Shown piece by piece: positions 30,315-39,049 of a stretch of DNA of 59,131 nt. A program made the position numbers and the translations under genes. Below the pieces are notes generated by a model, which was given only the letters and a program-made list of their open reading frames with translations, was not told the origin of the DNA and did no database searches. The stretch lies in assembly GCA_964604195.1 (NCBI GenBank), contig CAZRXW010000002.1, forward strand, positions 1 through 59,131, in the 5' to 3' direction. The DNA is from an uncultured Bdellovibrionales bacterium. Its GTDB lineage: Bacteria; Patescibacteriota; Minisyncoccia; Moranbacterales; UBA1568. The first letter of the stretch is position 1. Every line of letters starts with the position of its first letter.

Positions 30315-31094
30315 TTATTGTACCACTCCACGCAAAGCATCGTCTCTCCCCTGGACACTCGAGATTTTCCCATCTTTAAAATAAATCTGCCGCATAGCCC
30401 GTGCTGCCTCATCTGGTTCGTGCGTAACGAGAATAATCGTCTTTCCGTACCGCCTATTTACTTGGTACAGGAGATCCATAGTCTTGCGAGAATTTTCTGT
30501 ATCCAGATGAGCCGTTGGTTCATCAGCCAAGATAAGGACCGAGTCCTTGGCCACCGCCCGACCAATAGCAATACGCTGCTGCTCACCCCCCGAAAGCTGC
30601 CTCGGAAAAAGATGGGCTCGATGACTGAGGCCAAGAAGCTCGAATATCTCTCGCGATTTTTCCTTGGCCTCCGCAGCTGTTTTTCCCTGAAGCCGCAGTT
30701 GAAAAATAATATTCTCTTCCGCTGTATAACTCTCAATGAGATTGAAGAATTGAAAAATAAAACCCAAAGAATTTCGTCGAAATTCTGCCTTCTCATGCTC
30801 GGTCATATGTGATACATCACGATCATTGAAGTAAATACTGCCAGCCGTTGGTTCATCCAAAAGTCCCATAACATTGAGAAGGGTACTCTTCCCCGACCCA
30901 GAATGCCCCGTAATAGCAATAAATTCGCCAGGGAAAATATCCAGATCAACTCCCTTGAGAGCAAACACAGGGATACCGCCCTCAAATTGATATTCACGAG
31001 TTACTTGACGAAGACTCAGGATAGCCCGCTTGGGACCGATAGGCTTTGCCAAAGATGAGCTCAGTTCAGAGGGATGATTTTGAGGGAGTTCCAT
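30315..31094 (-). CDS. ABC transporter ATP-binding protein (MacB/LolD type)
   Basis: Walker A GHSGSGKST, signature LSGGEQQR, Walker B ILADEPT. Confidence 0.93.
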   Translation of the reverse strand: MELPQNHPSELSSSLAKPIGPKRAILSLRQVTREYQFEGGIPVFALKGVDLDIFPGEFIAITGHSGSGKSTLLNVMGLLDEPTAGSIYFNDRDVSHMTEHEKAEFRRNSLGFIFQFFNLIESYTAEENIIFQLRLQGKTAAEAKEKSREIFELLGLSHRAHLFPRQLSGGEQQRIAIGRAVAKDSVLILADEPTAHLDTENSRKTMDLLYQVNRRYGKTIILVTHEPDEAARAMRQIYFKDGKISSVQGRDDALRGVVQ

Positions 31095-31096
31095 AA

Positions 31097-32287
31097 TTAG
31101 CGAACGTTACGCATATCATCAATAATCCTCGTGCGAGCAGCAATCCAAACTGGAGCTGAAGCACCAATCAAAGCCGAGGCAAATACGGTGAAGGCCGTCT
31201 GAACAAAGATTGAACTTGTTTCAATAATCCGAAAATCTCCAATCAAAAGTGGGATAGGGTTACTAGCTGACCAAAGTGTAATGAGGGTAAAAAAGAGTGA
31301 GCCAATACTGGTGCCAACAAGGGCATACACAAAGGCTTGAGTAGCATACGCGCACATAATAAAACTCTGAGGTGTACCCATAGATTTGAGGATGCCAATT
31401 TGACGACGCTTCTGATTGACGTCGATATAGATAACAATACTGATCACGAAGAAAATAGTGACGAGAAGCAAGTCACGAATGGAGAGCGTGATAAACTTAA
31501 CCGCTGCCATAATATCGCGGACATATTGTGATTCTTCTTCCCAAGTACGCACTACTACCGAAGGAAACTCGTTCTGAAGCGTACGACTCGCTAGCTCTAC
31601 ATTTACATCTTGGCGTAGTTTGATCACAATTTGAGCATTTCTGCTGGAACTATCAATCTGCTCAAGATCACTCTTCTGGAGGAAGAGCGCATAATTAGGA
31701 GAGAAATTTTTACCATCGATAATCCCTCGAACTCGCATTGGCCGATAGTTGCCAGTAGCCGTTAATACTTGAATCGTATCACCAACATGAAGCGATAGGC
31801 CATCCCCTTCAATTCCTACGAGATCATCCGCCAAACTCTTCCCCAATACTGCTTCATCAGTGTTGTGACTTTCGGTAAAGAAACTCCCCTCTATAACTTG
31901 CTCCTCTAGCCACGTCACACGACTATCATCGGCAGTAGTAATACCGATAGTCCGAAATGGTACCGACTTCTCCTCTTCATAACGCACAACTGTCTGAGCG
32001 TGACTCCGCTTGGAAAAAGCATCCACGGTCGGAAGCAATCTCAGGCGAGACTCGATAATATCACTCTGCCGAATACTCGTATCACCACTCCTCGGCGAAA
32101 TAACAATATCTCCGAGCCAGCCGCGCTCTCCCTCGATAAGCATCGTCCGAAATCCCTCAAGTACTCCTAGGGTAAGCAAGATCGCCGTAGCAGCTGCTGC
32201 TAAAACAGTCAAAATCAAAACAAGCAGAGCCTTGCTGCGGATCGTATCACGAAAGATATAAGAGAAAAACAGGGAAAGCAGGCGCAT
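31097..32287 (-). CDS. ABC transporter permease, FtsX/MacB family
   Basis: TM1, a large extracytoplasmic domain, then 3 TM helices (FtsX-type topology). Confidence 0.85.
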   Translation of the reverse strand: MRLLSLFFSYIFRDTIRSKALLVLILTVLAAAATAILLTLGVLEGFRTMLIEGERGWLGDIVISPRSGDTSIRQSDIIESRLRLLPTVDAFSKRSHAQTVVRYEEEKSVPFRTIGITTADDSRVTWLEEQVIEGSFFTESHNTDEAVLGKSLADDLVGIEGDGLSLHVGDTIQVLTATGNYRPMRVRGIIDGKNFSPNYALFLQKSDLEQIDSSSRNAQIVIKLRQDVNVELASRTLQNEFPSVVVRTWEEESQYVRDIMAAVKFITLSIRDLLLVTIFFVISIVIYIDVNQKRRQIGILKSMGTPQSFIMCAYATQAFVYALVGTSIGSLFFTLITLWSASNPIPLLIGDFRIIETSSIFVQTAFTVFASALIGASAPVWIAARTRIIDDMRNVR

Positions 32288-32353
32288 GAATAAAGGCTAT
32301 AGCTCTCCTGCCATTATACCCGCTCCCCTAGGAGGGTGTCGAAACAACGAAGA

Positions 32354-32878
32354 CTACCCAACAAACGACCGCACCTCTCTCATGAGTTCGGCCACTGGCT
32401 TATCCGTGTTAAGAACGAGTTGTTCACCGGGCATATCATGGTAAGAAAAATACTTCAACTGAAAATAATTGGGGGTCAGTCTCTCCTGATCGTGATGCGC
32501 ATGATGACGTGGACGATCATGGATACGTGCTTGGCGCACTACTTCACTCACAGTACACACAATACATTTCAAAGAAACTTGATATCGCTCCATCCACTGC
32601 TCGAAACGAATCACATTTTCACTGTGATCAAACGGGGCTTCCAAAATAATATCAACGCCATTTCGAATTGCATCTTCAGCTAGATCCAGCATAAGGAAGA
32701 TGGACTGCTTCCCTGTTCGAGTACTATCCTCAAGCGTTTTGCCTCCCTCAAGTTCATACAAACGCTCCTTGAGAGCATCTTTATGAAGACAGAATATATT
32801 TAATTCCTGTGAAACAAGCTGCGCGAGCATGGTTTTGCCTGTTCCGCTCTCCCCACAAAAGACAATGATGTGGCTCAT
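32354..32878 (-). CDS. P-loop NTPase/kinase-like protein (AAA_33-like)
   Basis: Walker A GESGTGKT at the N-terminus, 174 aa, and a 4-nt overlap with the ileS stop. Confidence 0.65.
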   Translation of the reverse strand: MSHIIVFCGESGTGKTMLAQLVSQELNIFCLHKDALKERLYELEGGKTLEDSTRTGKQSIFLMLDLAEDAIRNGVDIILEAPFDHSENVIRFEQWMERYQVSLKCIVCTVSEVVRQARIHDRPRHHAHHDQERLTPNYFQLKYFSYHDMPGEQLVLNTDKPVAELMREVRSFVG

Positions 32879-35793
32879 ATCCGTTTAAGAGAAAATCTGA
32901 AAGCCTCATCGCTGAGCTTGGTAGTTTCTGTATGCTCAGCATCAGTGAGTTCACCTTTTCGCACCTCAGTCGCGAGCACTTCTTTGGCAATCATATCCTG
33001 AAACTTCTCAAAGACTGATTGTTTACCGGTGTAGCCGAGAATAATTCGATCCTCGACATTGAACCCCGCCTTCTTACGGCCTTCTTGAATCGCTCGAATC
33101 ACTTCCCGCGCTTCCCCTTCGAGTTTCAGTTCGGGATATTCTGTAAAATCAATCCAAACAGAAGTATCGGCGGGATTATCTGTAGAACCCTCACTTTCAT
33201 AGTTCTTTACATTCAATTCCTTCATTACAATGCTCTCCAACTCCTTTCCAAGAGAACGGGCATGTACCGCCATTAACGGTTGCCGCACCTTGATTCCATG
33301 TTTCACACGATCATTCAGCCCCTCTGAAACAATAAACCGTGCAAGGCCCATGTCTGCATTCAGCTTTTCATGAACAAGCGATTCATCCACAACGGGATAC
33401 TCAGCGAGATGAACAGATTCTTCACCGGTCAAATTGCGATAGATTTCCTCAGCGATAAATGGTGTGAATGGCGCCATCAGTTTGGAGAGCGTGACGAGGA
33501 CCGTATAGAGCGTCTGATACGCCTGTTCTTTGTCGCCATCGTCCTCGCTCTTCCAAAACCGGTCTCGCGAGCGACGGATATACCAATTGGACAGGTTGTC
33601 GACAAACGGCGTAAAGGCGCGGGTGGCTCGGTTGAGCTCATACTTTTCCATCGCCATATTTACCTCTTTGATGAGTAGTTGAAGTTCCGAAAGAATCCAA
33701 CGATCCAGCAAGTTAGAAGTTGGGGGGTTGGAGTTAGAAGTTTGAGGTATCCACCCATCAATGCTCGCGTATGTCATGAAGAACGAGTACGAATTCCAGA
33801 GCATACGGAACACATTGCGCTGGATATCGGACAATTCGCGTTCAGAGAAGTTGAGATTCTCGGCCGCTACCACCGGTGAAGAAAGGAGGTAGTAGCGCAG
33901 GACATCCGAGCCATACTTATCGAGAATTTCCATGGGGTCCGGATAGTTCTTGAGTTTCTTGGACATCTTGCGACCATCTTCAGCCAGAACGATACCGTTG
34001 ACGATAACATTTTGGAACGCTTTGGTTTCCTTGATCCCCGTCGCAATCACGTGGAGATAGTAAAACCAGCAGCGTGTCTGATCAACACCCTCCGCGATGA
34101 ACTGCGCCGGAAATGCAGCATCGAACTTTTCTTTGTTCTCAAAGGGATAATGCCTCTCACCATAGGGCATCGAACCAGAGTCAAACCAGGTATCAAGGAC
34201 ATCCGGAACGCGCCGCATCACGCTACCACACTTCTCACAGGGAACCATCACCTCGTCCACAACATGTTTGTGGAGATCATCTATTTTTTTTCCAGAAACC
34301 TGCTCAAGTTCCGCTACCGATCCAAAGACCCTCAGTTCACCACAATCACAGCGCCACAGTGGCATAACACTCGCCCAGTAGCGCTGCCGGCTAATGGACC
34401 AGTCGCGTGCGCCCTCGAGCCACTTGCCCCAGCGGCCGGCCTTGATATGCTCAGGTGACCAATTGATATCACTCGCAAGATCAATCATTTTTTCTTTCCT
34501 CTCTGCAACACGAACAAACCAGGATGATGTCGCGTAGTTGAGAAGCGGTGTATCACAGCGCCAGCAGTGGGGGTAGCTGTGTTCGTATTTCTCCTTCGAA
34601 AATAATGTCCCCCGCTGTGCCAAATACTTGAGAATCTCCACATCCATCGCGCTCGGATCATCTTTGCTTTTGACCGGCTTCCCAGCGAAATCCATCACCT
34701 CTCCTTTCATCGTACCGTCCATATTCACATGCTGTACCCACGGCAAATTATTCGCCATCCCGAGCTGCATGTCGTCTTCGCCAAAGGCCGGCGCTTCATG
34801 GGCGATGCCTGTCCCCATGTCAGTCGTCACAAAATCTGCGTAATAGATCTTCCATCCGTTTTCGCGATTCTTCAGTGATTCATCTTTCGCGTAGTAATCA
34901 AAGAGCGGTTTGTAGGCTTTACCAAAAAGTTCGGAGCCTTTGTATTCATCAACAACTGAATATCCCTCCTCACCAAAGATATTTTTCAAACGATCTTTGG
35001 CTACGATAAAACGGACCGCCTCGCCAACTCCCTCATCCTTCTTTTCAATCGTCACATACTCAATGTCCTTATTCACGGCAAGTGCGACATTACCTGGCAG
35101 GGTCCATGGGGTTGTCGTCCATGCCAATACCGAAGTCTTAATTGGTTCACCGACAAGTTCAAACTCCGCCGTCACTGCGAGGTCCTTCACGTCCTTGTAC
35201 CCCTCGGCCACTTCGGACTGCGAGAGAGTCGTCTCGCAACGCGGGCAGATGTGCATGGTGCGATAGCTCTCGTAGATGAGACCTTTGTCCCAGAGTTCTT
35301 TGAACACCCACCAGACGCTCTCCATGAAATCGCGATCCATGGTGCGATAGGCATTCTCCATGTCCGCGAAGCGGCCAAACCGCCGCATCACTTTCTTCCA
35401 TTCATCGACATACTCCAGGACTTTGGAACGGCAAACCTCATTGAACTTAGCCACGCCAAGCGCCTCGATCTCTTTCTTATGACTGATACCCAGTTCCTTC
35501 TCAGCAATATTTTCGATCGGGAGACCATGGCAGTCCCAGCCCCACTTGCGCTCCACCTGGTACCCACGCATAGTCCAGTAACGAGGCACCGTGTCTTTGA
35601 TTGTACTTGCGACGATATGCCCATAGTGCGGCGTCCCCGTGGCAAAGGGCGGGCCATCATAGAAAACATAGCGACCCTTCGGAGAGGGTTTGGTAACTGA
35701 CTTCGCGAAGACGTCTTTGTCCTCCCAATACTGAACGATTTCTTCTTCGAGCTCTGGAAAATTTACTTTGGCATCAACTTTTTTGAATGGCAT
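32875..35793 (-). CDS. ileS: Isoleucine--tRNA ligase (type 2 / eukaryote-like architecture)
   Basis: FYDGPPFATGTPHYGH (HIGH), KMSKKLKN (KMSKS) and a CP1 editing domain. Confidence 0.95.
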   Translation of the reverse strand: MPFKKVDAKVNFPELEEEIVQYWEDKDVFAKSVTKPSPKGRYVFYDGPPFATGTPHYGHIVASTIKDTVPRYWTMRGYQVERKWGWDCHGLPIENIAEKELGISHKKEIEALGVAKFNEVCRSKVLEYVDEWKKVMRRFGRFADMENAYRTMDRDFMESVWWVFKELWDKGLIYESYRTMHICPRCETTLSQSEVAEGYKDVKDLAVTAEFELVGEPIKTSVLAWTTTPWTLPGNVALAVNKDIEYVTIEKKDEGVGEAVRFIVAKDRLKNIFGEEGYSVVDEYKGSELFGKAYKPLFDYYAKDESLKNRENGWKIYYADFVTTDMGTGIAHEAPAFGEDDMQLGMANNLPWVQHVNMDGTMKGEVMDFAGKPVKSKDDPSAMDVEILKYLAQRGTLFSKEKYEHSYPHCWRCDTPLLNYATSSWFVRVAERKEKMIDLASDINWSPEHIKAGRWGKWLEGARDWSISRQRYWASVMPLWRCDCGELRVFGSVAELEQVSGKKIDDLHKHVVDEVMVPCEKCGSVMRRVPDVLDTWFDSGSMPYGERHYPFENKEKFDAAFPAQFIAEGVDQTRCWFYYLHVIATGIKETKAFQNVIVNGIVLAEDGRKMSKKLKNYPDPMEILDKYGSDVLRYYLLSSPVVAAENLNFSERELSDIQRNVFRMLWNSYSFFMTYASIDGWIPQTSNSNPPTSNLLDRWILSELQLLIKEVNMAMEKYELNRATRAFTPFVDNLSNWYIRRSRDRFWKSEDDGDKEQAYQTLYTVLVTLSKLMAPFTPFIAEEIYRNLTGEESVHLAEYPVVDESLVHEKLNADMGLARFIVSEGLNDRVKHGIKVRQPLMAVHARSLGKELESIVMKELNVKNYESEGSTDNPADTSVWIDFTEYPELKLEGEAREVIRAIQEGRKKAGFNVEDRIILGYTGKQSVFEKFQDMIAKEVLATEVRKGELTDAEHTETTKLSDEAFRFSLKRI

Positions 35794-35794
35794 A
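35774..35794. repeat. Copy A of a 21-bp perfect direct repeat (covers the ileS start codon and codons 2-7)
   Basis: tcaacttttttgaatggcata is identical to 36379-36399. Confidence 0.9.
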
Positions 35795-35840
35795 GGCTTG
35801 ACAAATTGATAATTCAGAGTATACTCGGGTTAGATCACTA

Positions 35841-35890
35841 CGGAAAAGACCCTCGTGCGGATACGTCCTCACTGGGGGCTTTTCTTTTTT
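35841..35890 (-). terminator. Intrinsic terminator after the Fic-NYN cassette (bidirectional shape)
   Basis: Hairpin 35850-35878 (CCCUC-GUG-GGA / UACG loop), with U-rich tracts on both strands. Confidence 0.6.
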
Positions 35891-36404
35891 ATCTCGACTG
35901 GCGCCATAGTTTGTGTTTGACATCATTCAAGTAAACGATTCGAGCACCTGTTTTCTTGAGAAGAATGGAACATTTTTGGACAGGGACAGGCGAAAGAATA
36001 GTGCAAGCTATCCCCTTCTCGAGCCAGAACTTGGCCAGTGAAGCGTAGTCGCCATCGCTCGAAACCAAGATTACTGACTGCACACTCTTTTCGTAAACAT
36101 CTCTTACAGCACGTAACACAAGGTCAGCATCACAATTACCCTTGGCTTTCCCCTCTCTATCGTAGACCACTTCCTTGAAAATAAGTTGATACCCAGTAGC
36201 CTGAAGGGAAGTATAGAGAGCTGCGTTTTTGGGTATGAGCCCAATAAACAAGTTAGCTTCGCTCACACCAAACTTCTGACGTAGCCATGAACGAAAATGT
36301 CGATAATCAAGGGACCATTCGAGCGACCTCACACCTTGATGAAGATTGGCCCCATCAATATACGCGATCACTTGTGACTCAACTTTTTTGAATGGCATAA
36401 TCAT
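35889..36404 (-). CDS. NYN-domain (LabA/DUF88-like, PIN-related) putative RNase
   Basis: YIDGANL...KGNCDADLVL...VILVSSDGDYASL is the NYN signature. Residues 3-9 (MPFKKVE) are encoded by the 21-bp copy of the ileS start. Confidence 0.8.
   Translation of the reverse strand: MIMPFKKVESQVIAYIDGANLHQGVRSLEWSLDYRHFRSWLRQKFGVSEANLFIGLIPKNAALYTSLQATGYQLIFKEVVYDREGKAKGNCDADLVLRAVRDVYEKSVQSVILVSSDGDYASLAKFWLEKGIACTILSPVPVQKCSILLKKTGARIVYLNDVKHKLWRQSR
36379..36399. repeat. Copy B of the 21-bp perfect direct repeat (start of the NYN gene)
   Basis: Identical to 35774-35794. Confidence 0.9.
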
Positions 36405-37486
36405 GACAATAGCTTTTTATTCTTTTCCTGCTCTTTCTTTATCATCATCTTGAAATGTTCCAACAAGCTCATTTCTCCCGTTTCTGTATTAATCTGATAT
36501 TCTAGCTTCTCTGGATGAACAATCAAATCAATAAGTATTTCGGCTTTTCTCTTTTTTAGTGCCCAGTATTCTTCTATAAGCCCATACATTTGATCCTTAC
36601 TCAACTCGAATGCAAGTTTTCCTTCCAAAATTACCGAGCGCTCACCATAGGCTTTCAAAAATACATTTCTATTAGGAAGTTTTGCTATGAACTTAAAGGC
36701 CGCATAGAATGCATGTTCATCATCCATACAAATAGTCCTAAAGCTCTTTTTCATGTCATCAGTCACCCCATCTTGAAACACCATCTCAGCCCACCGCTGC
36801 TCGTTAAATAAATTTGTGACATTTTCCGGATTTTGCGCTGAGTTGCTCAGGCCAATCTGATGAGCAATAATATTGCCTCGTTCTCTTCCAATAAGCCCTG
36901 GGTTAATATCAACGTAAAGACTCCCATCCTCGCTCAATACATTCTGTATCTTTTCATCGCCGCCTTCATCACGATTGTTCGTAAGTAGCGTATATATGAA
37001 CCTACTCGTTCGGCCGTTTGCATCCTCATATGCGTGGATTTCATTGACACATGCAGAAAGAAGTAGTGCCACATCGTCCGTGGCTCTCCCATCTTGTACC
37101 ATGGCTTTCATCCCAGCATGCGTTTCTTCAAAAAGCTCTGTTTTATCTTCTTCCCGAGGCGGAATGACCGTACTGTCCGGATTATGTACGCCCGGGACCA
37201 ATGCGACATCACTTCCATCCATTCTCCAATCCTCTTTATTCTTTCCACGCAAAATACCATTTACCCCGTTGATCAGTTCTATGAAATCCTCCTTGCTAAG
37301 ATGGTTCAGAAACTCACGCTTTGATTGTTCATCCCTAAAGACTTCTTCAAATTTTCTCCCCTCAAAAGCTTTTATCTCCGTGGCAAAATCAAGCAATCGC
37401 GTCATTACCTTAGCTCTTTTTTCTCTATTAGAAATCAATGAAGATTTCTCGAGCATATGATCACAAAAACAAAAAATCCTTAACAC
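36401..37486 (-). CDS. Fic/DOC-family protein
   Basis: Fic active-site motif HAYEDANGRTSR (HxFx[DE][GA]NGRxxR). The stop overlaps the NYN start (ATGA). The listed GTG start lies inside a terminator hairpin, so ATG 37456 or 37405 is more likely. Confidence 0.8.
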   Translation of the reverse strand: MLRIFCFCDHMLEKSSLISNREKRAKVMTRLLDFATEIKAFEGRKFEEVFRDEQSKREFLNHLSKEDFIELINGVNGILRGKNKEDWRMDGSDVALVPGVHNPDSTVIPPREEDKTELFEETHAGMKAMVQDGRATDDVALLLSACVNEIHAYEDANGRTSRFIYTLLTNNRDEGGDEKIQNVLSEDGSLYVDINPGLIGRERGNIIAHQIGLSNSAQNPENVTNLFNEQRWAEMVFQDGVTDDMKKSFRTICMDDEHAFYAAFKFIAKLPNRNVFLKAYGERSVILEGKLAFELSKDQMYGLIEEYWALKKRKAEILIDLIVHPEKLEYQINTETGEMSLLEHFKMMIKKEQEKNKKLLS

Positions 37487-37501
37487 GCTCTTGTGCTAAG
37501 G
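37462..37501 (-). terminator. Intrinsic terminator ending the nirK transcript tail
   Basis: The minus strand reads ccttagcac-aagagc-gtgttaagg (9 bp, one G-U) followed by attttttgttttt. Confidence 0.6.
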
Positions 37502-37800
37502 ACGCTTCGACTAGGCTCAGCGTGGTACCACCTTGGCTTCGCAATAACCAATCATCAAAAACCAAGAAACAAGATGATTAGATTGCCTTCATGATGCATT
37601 ATGACGGATGCCTCCGACAGGGTCTACTCTTTCTGTCATTCCAAGCGCAGTCGAGGAATCTTGCTTGAGATCCTCATGTCGCTTCTGCTCCTCAGGATGA
37701 CAACTATTTCTTCCTGCAGCTCGGGGCTGATAACCCCTCAAACGCCTTTCAAAATTGTATAGCAACGATACCATTTTATATTGTTTTTTGCAACCAATTA

Positions 37801-38862
37801 TTAATGCCCGTGAGCGGCAGCGCTAGGATCGATTTGTCCTTCGAAAACATCTTTGTTTTCTTCACCAGTAACTTCAAGAGTGCCCCAAGCCCCCCTGTCG
37901 AGACGAGCCAGTGCATGATCGACGAGGATATATCGTCCTGGGACATCTAACTTGAATTCAACCATGGCCGCTCCTCCGGCTGGTACAAGGGTCGTCTGTA
38001 CATTCTTGAAGAGTGCTCCACCAACGGAAGCCTCTGGATAAACAGTGTCAAAGATTTCGCCGATCACATGGAAGGAAGAAATATGATTCACGCCGCCATT
38101 GCCGATATAGATGCGGACCGTCTCGCCGACTTTGGCCATCATCTTGCCATTCACACCCCCCACTCGACCGTTGAACGTAAAGTATTCGGCATCGCCCGAG
38201 AGCATTTTCCCAGCATCGATCACCTGAAGACCCTTGGCACCCATTTTCTCCGAAGTGTAAATCTCGCCCTGCATGACATAGAACTCTCGGTCTACCTTGA
38301 GTAGCCCCTCTTTGGGTTCGACCAAGATCATGCCGTACATGCCATGCGCCATATGGTTGGCCACATTGGGATGAGCGCAATGATAGACATAAAGACCTGG
38401 CTTGAGGGCCCGGAAACGGAAATCTTTGGACTCGCCCGGCGCTACATTGGTTGCAACCGCCCCACCGCCAGGACCCGTCACCGCATGGAGGTCGATACTG
38501 TGATGGTGAAGACTGGTCGGATTATTGGTGAGAGTAAGGTGCACTCGGTCCCCCTCGCGTACACGGAGAAATGGTCCGGGGACTTTACCATCAAAGGTCC
38601 AGTAATTCATCGTAACGCCTGGTGTGATTTCTGAGAGCACTTCCTTGGCCGTGATCTGAATCTCAACTTCGCGCTCCGCCTGCGCTGCGGGAACTGCATC
38701 GTTTCGAGTGACATCTGGATTAGCGGCAATATCAGCCACCCGTTCAAACTGGTTAAAACGCGAGAAAAAACTGAAAACATTTTTTAATGGCAGCCATGGT
38801 CCTTCAGACGGACCATACGTTTCGAGACCAAAGGGAAAAGTGATGGCGCTCGGCACCCCCAT
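37801..38862 (-). CDS. nirK: Copper-containing nitrite reductase (NirK family multicopper protein)
   Basis: Cu ligand patterns HHHSIDLH, AVTGPGG and YVYHCAHPNVANHMAHGM (Cys-His-Met type 1 site), with two cupredoxin domains. The frame stays open upstream to an in-frame TGA at 38911-38913. Confidence 0.85.
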   Translation of the reverse strand: MGVPSAITFPFGLETYGPSEGPWLPLKNVFSFFSRFNQFERVADIAANPDVTRNDAVPAAQAEREVEIQITAKEVLSEITPGVTMNYWTFDGKVPGPFLRVREGDRVHLTLTNNPTSLHHHSIDLHAVTGPGGGAVATNVAPGESKDFRFRALKPGLYVYHCAHPNVANHMAHGMYGMILVEPKEGLLKVDREFYVMQGEIYTSEKMGAKGLQVIDAGKMLSGDAEYFTFNGRVGGVNGKMMAKVGETVRIYIGNGGVNHISSFHVIGEIFDTVYPEASVGGALFKNVQTTLVPAGGAAMVEFKLDVPGRYILVDHALARLDRGAWGTLEVTGEENKDVFEGQIDPSAAAHGH

Positions 38863-38910
38863 TGGGACATAGAGGAAAAGGCAGGTACCAAAGAAAAAAA
38901 GGAAGAGCGC

Positions 38911-39039
38911 TCAAGTCATCGCCCGCGAGTGGAGCTTGCGGAGGACCATAAAGATAAAAAGTCCACCGACGCCAATCGCAATCATCAAGCCTACTCCTTG
39001 AAGAAGAAGGTATTTCACAAATGAAAAAAGTTCAAACAT
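38911..39039 (-). CDS. 42-aa TM ORF, in frame with nirK but separated from it by TGA (a separate small protein or the severed NirK N-terminal anchor)
   Basis: ATG at 39039, 10 nt after the nrdG stop. It encodes MFELFSFVKYLLLQGVGLMIAIGVGGLFIFMVLRKLHSRAMT, then TGA, then 16 in-frame hydrophobic codons before the nirK ATG. Confidence 0.35.
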   Translation of the reverse strand: MFELFSFVKYLLLQGVGLMIAIGVGGLFIFMVLRKLHSRAMT

Positions 39040-39049
39040 AGACAGGAAG

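Noticed and set aside
38911-38913. Genome-wide UGA reassignment (code 4/25) as the explanation for the in-frame TGA in nirK
   Set aside because: Many conserved genes here (tgt, tatD, the Fic gene, the 663-aa gene) end at TGA with natural C-termini and tight gene spacing. No conserved protein shows internal TGA.
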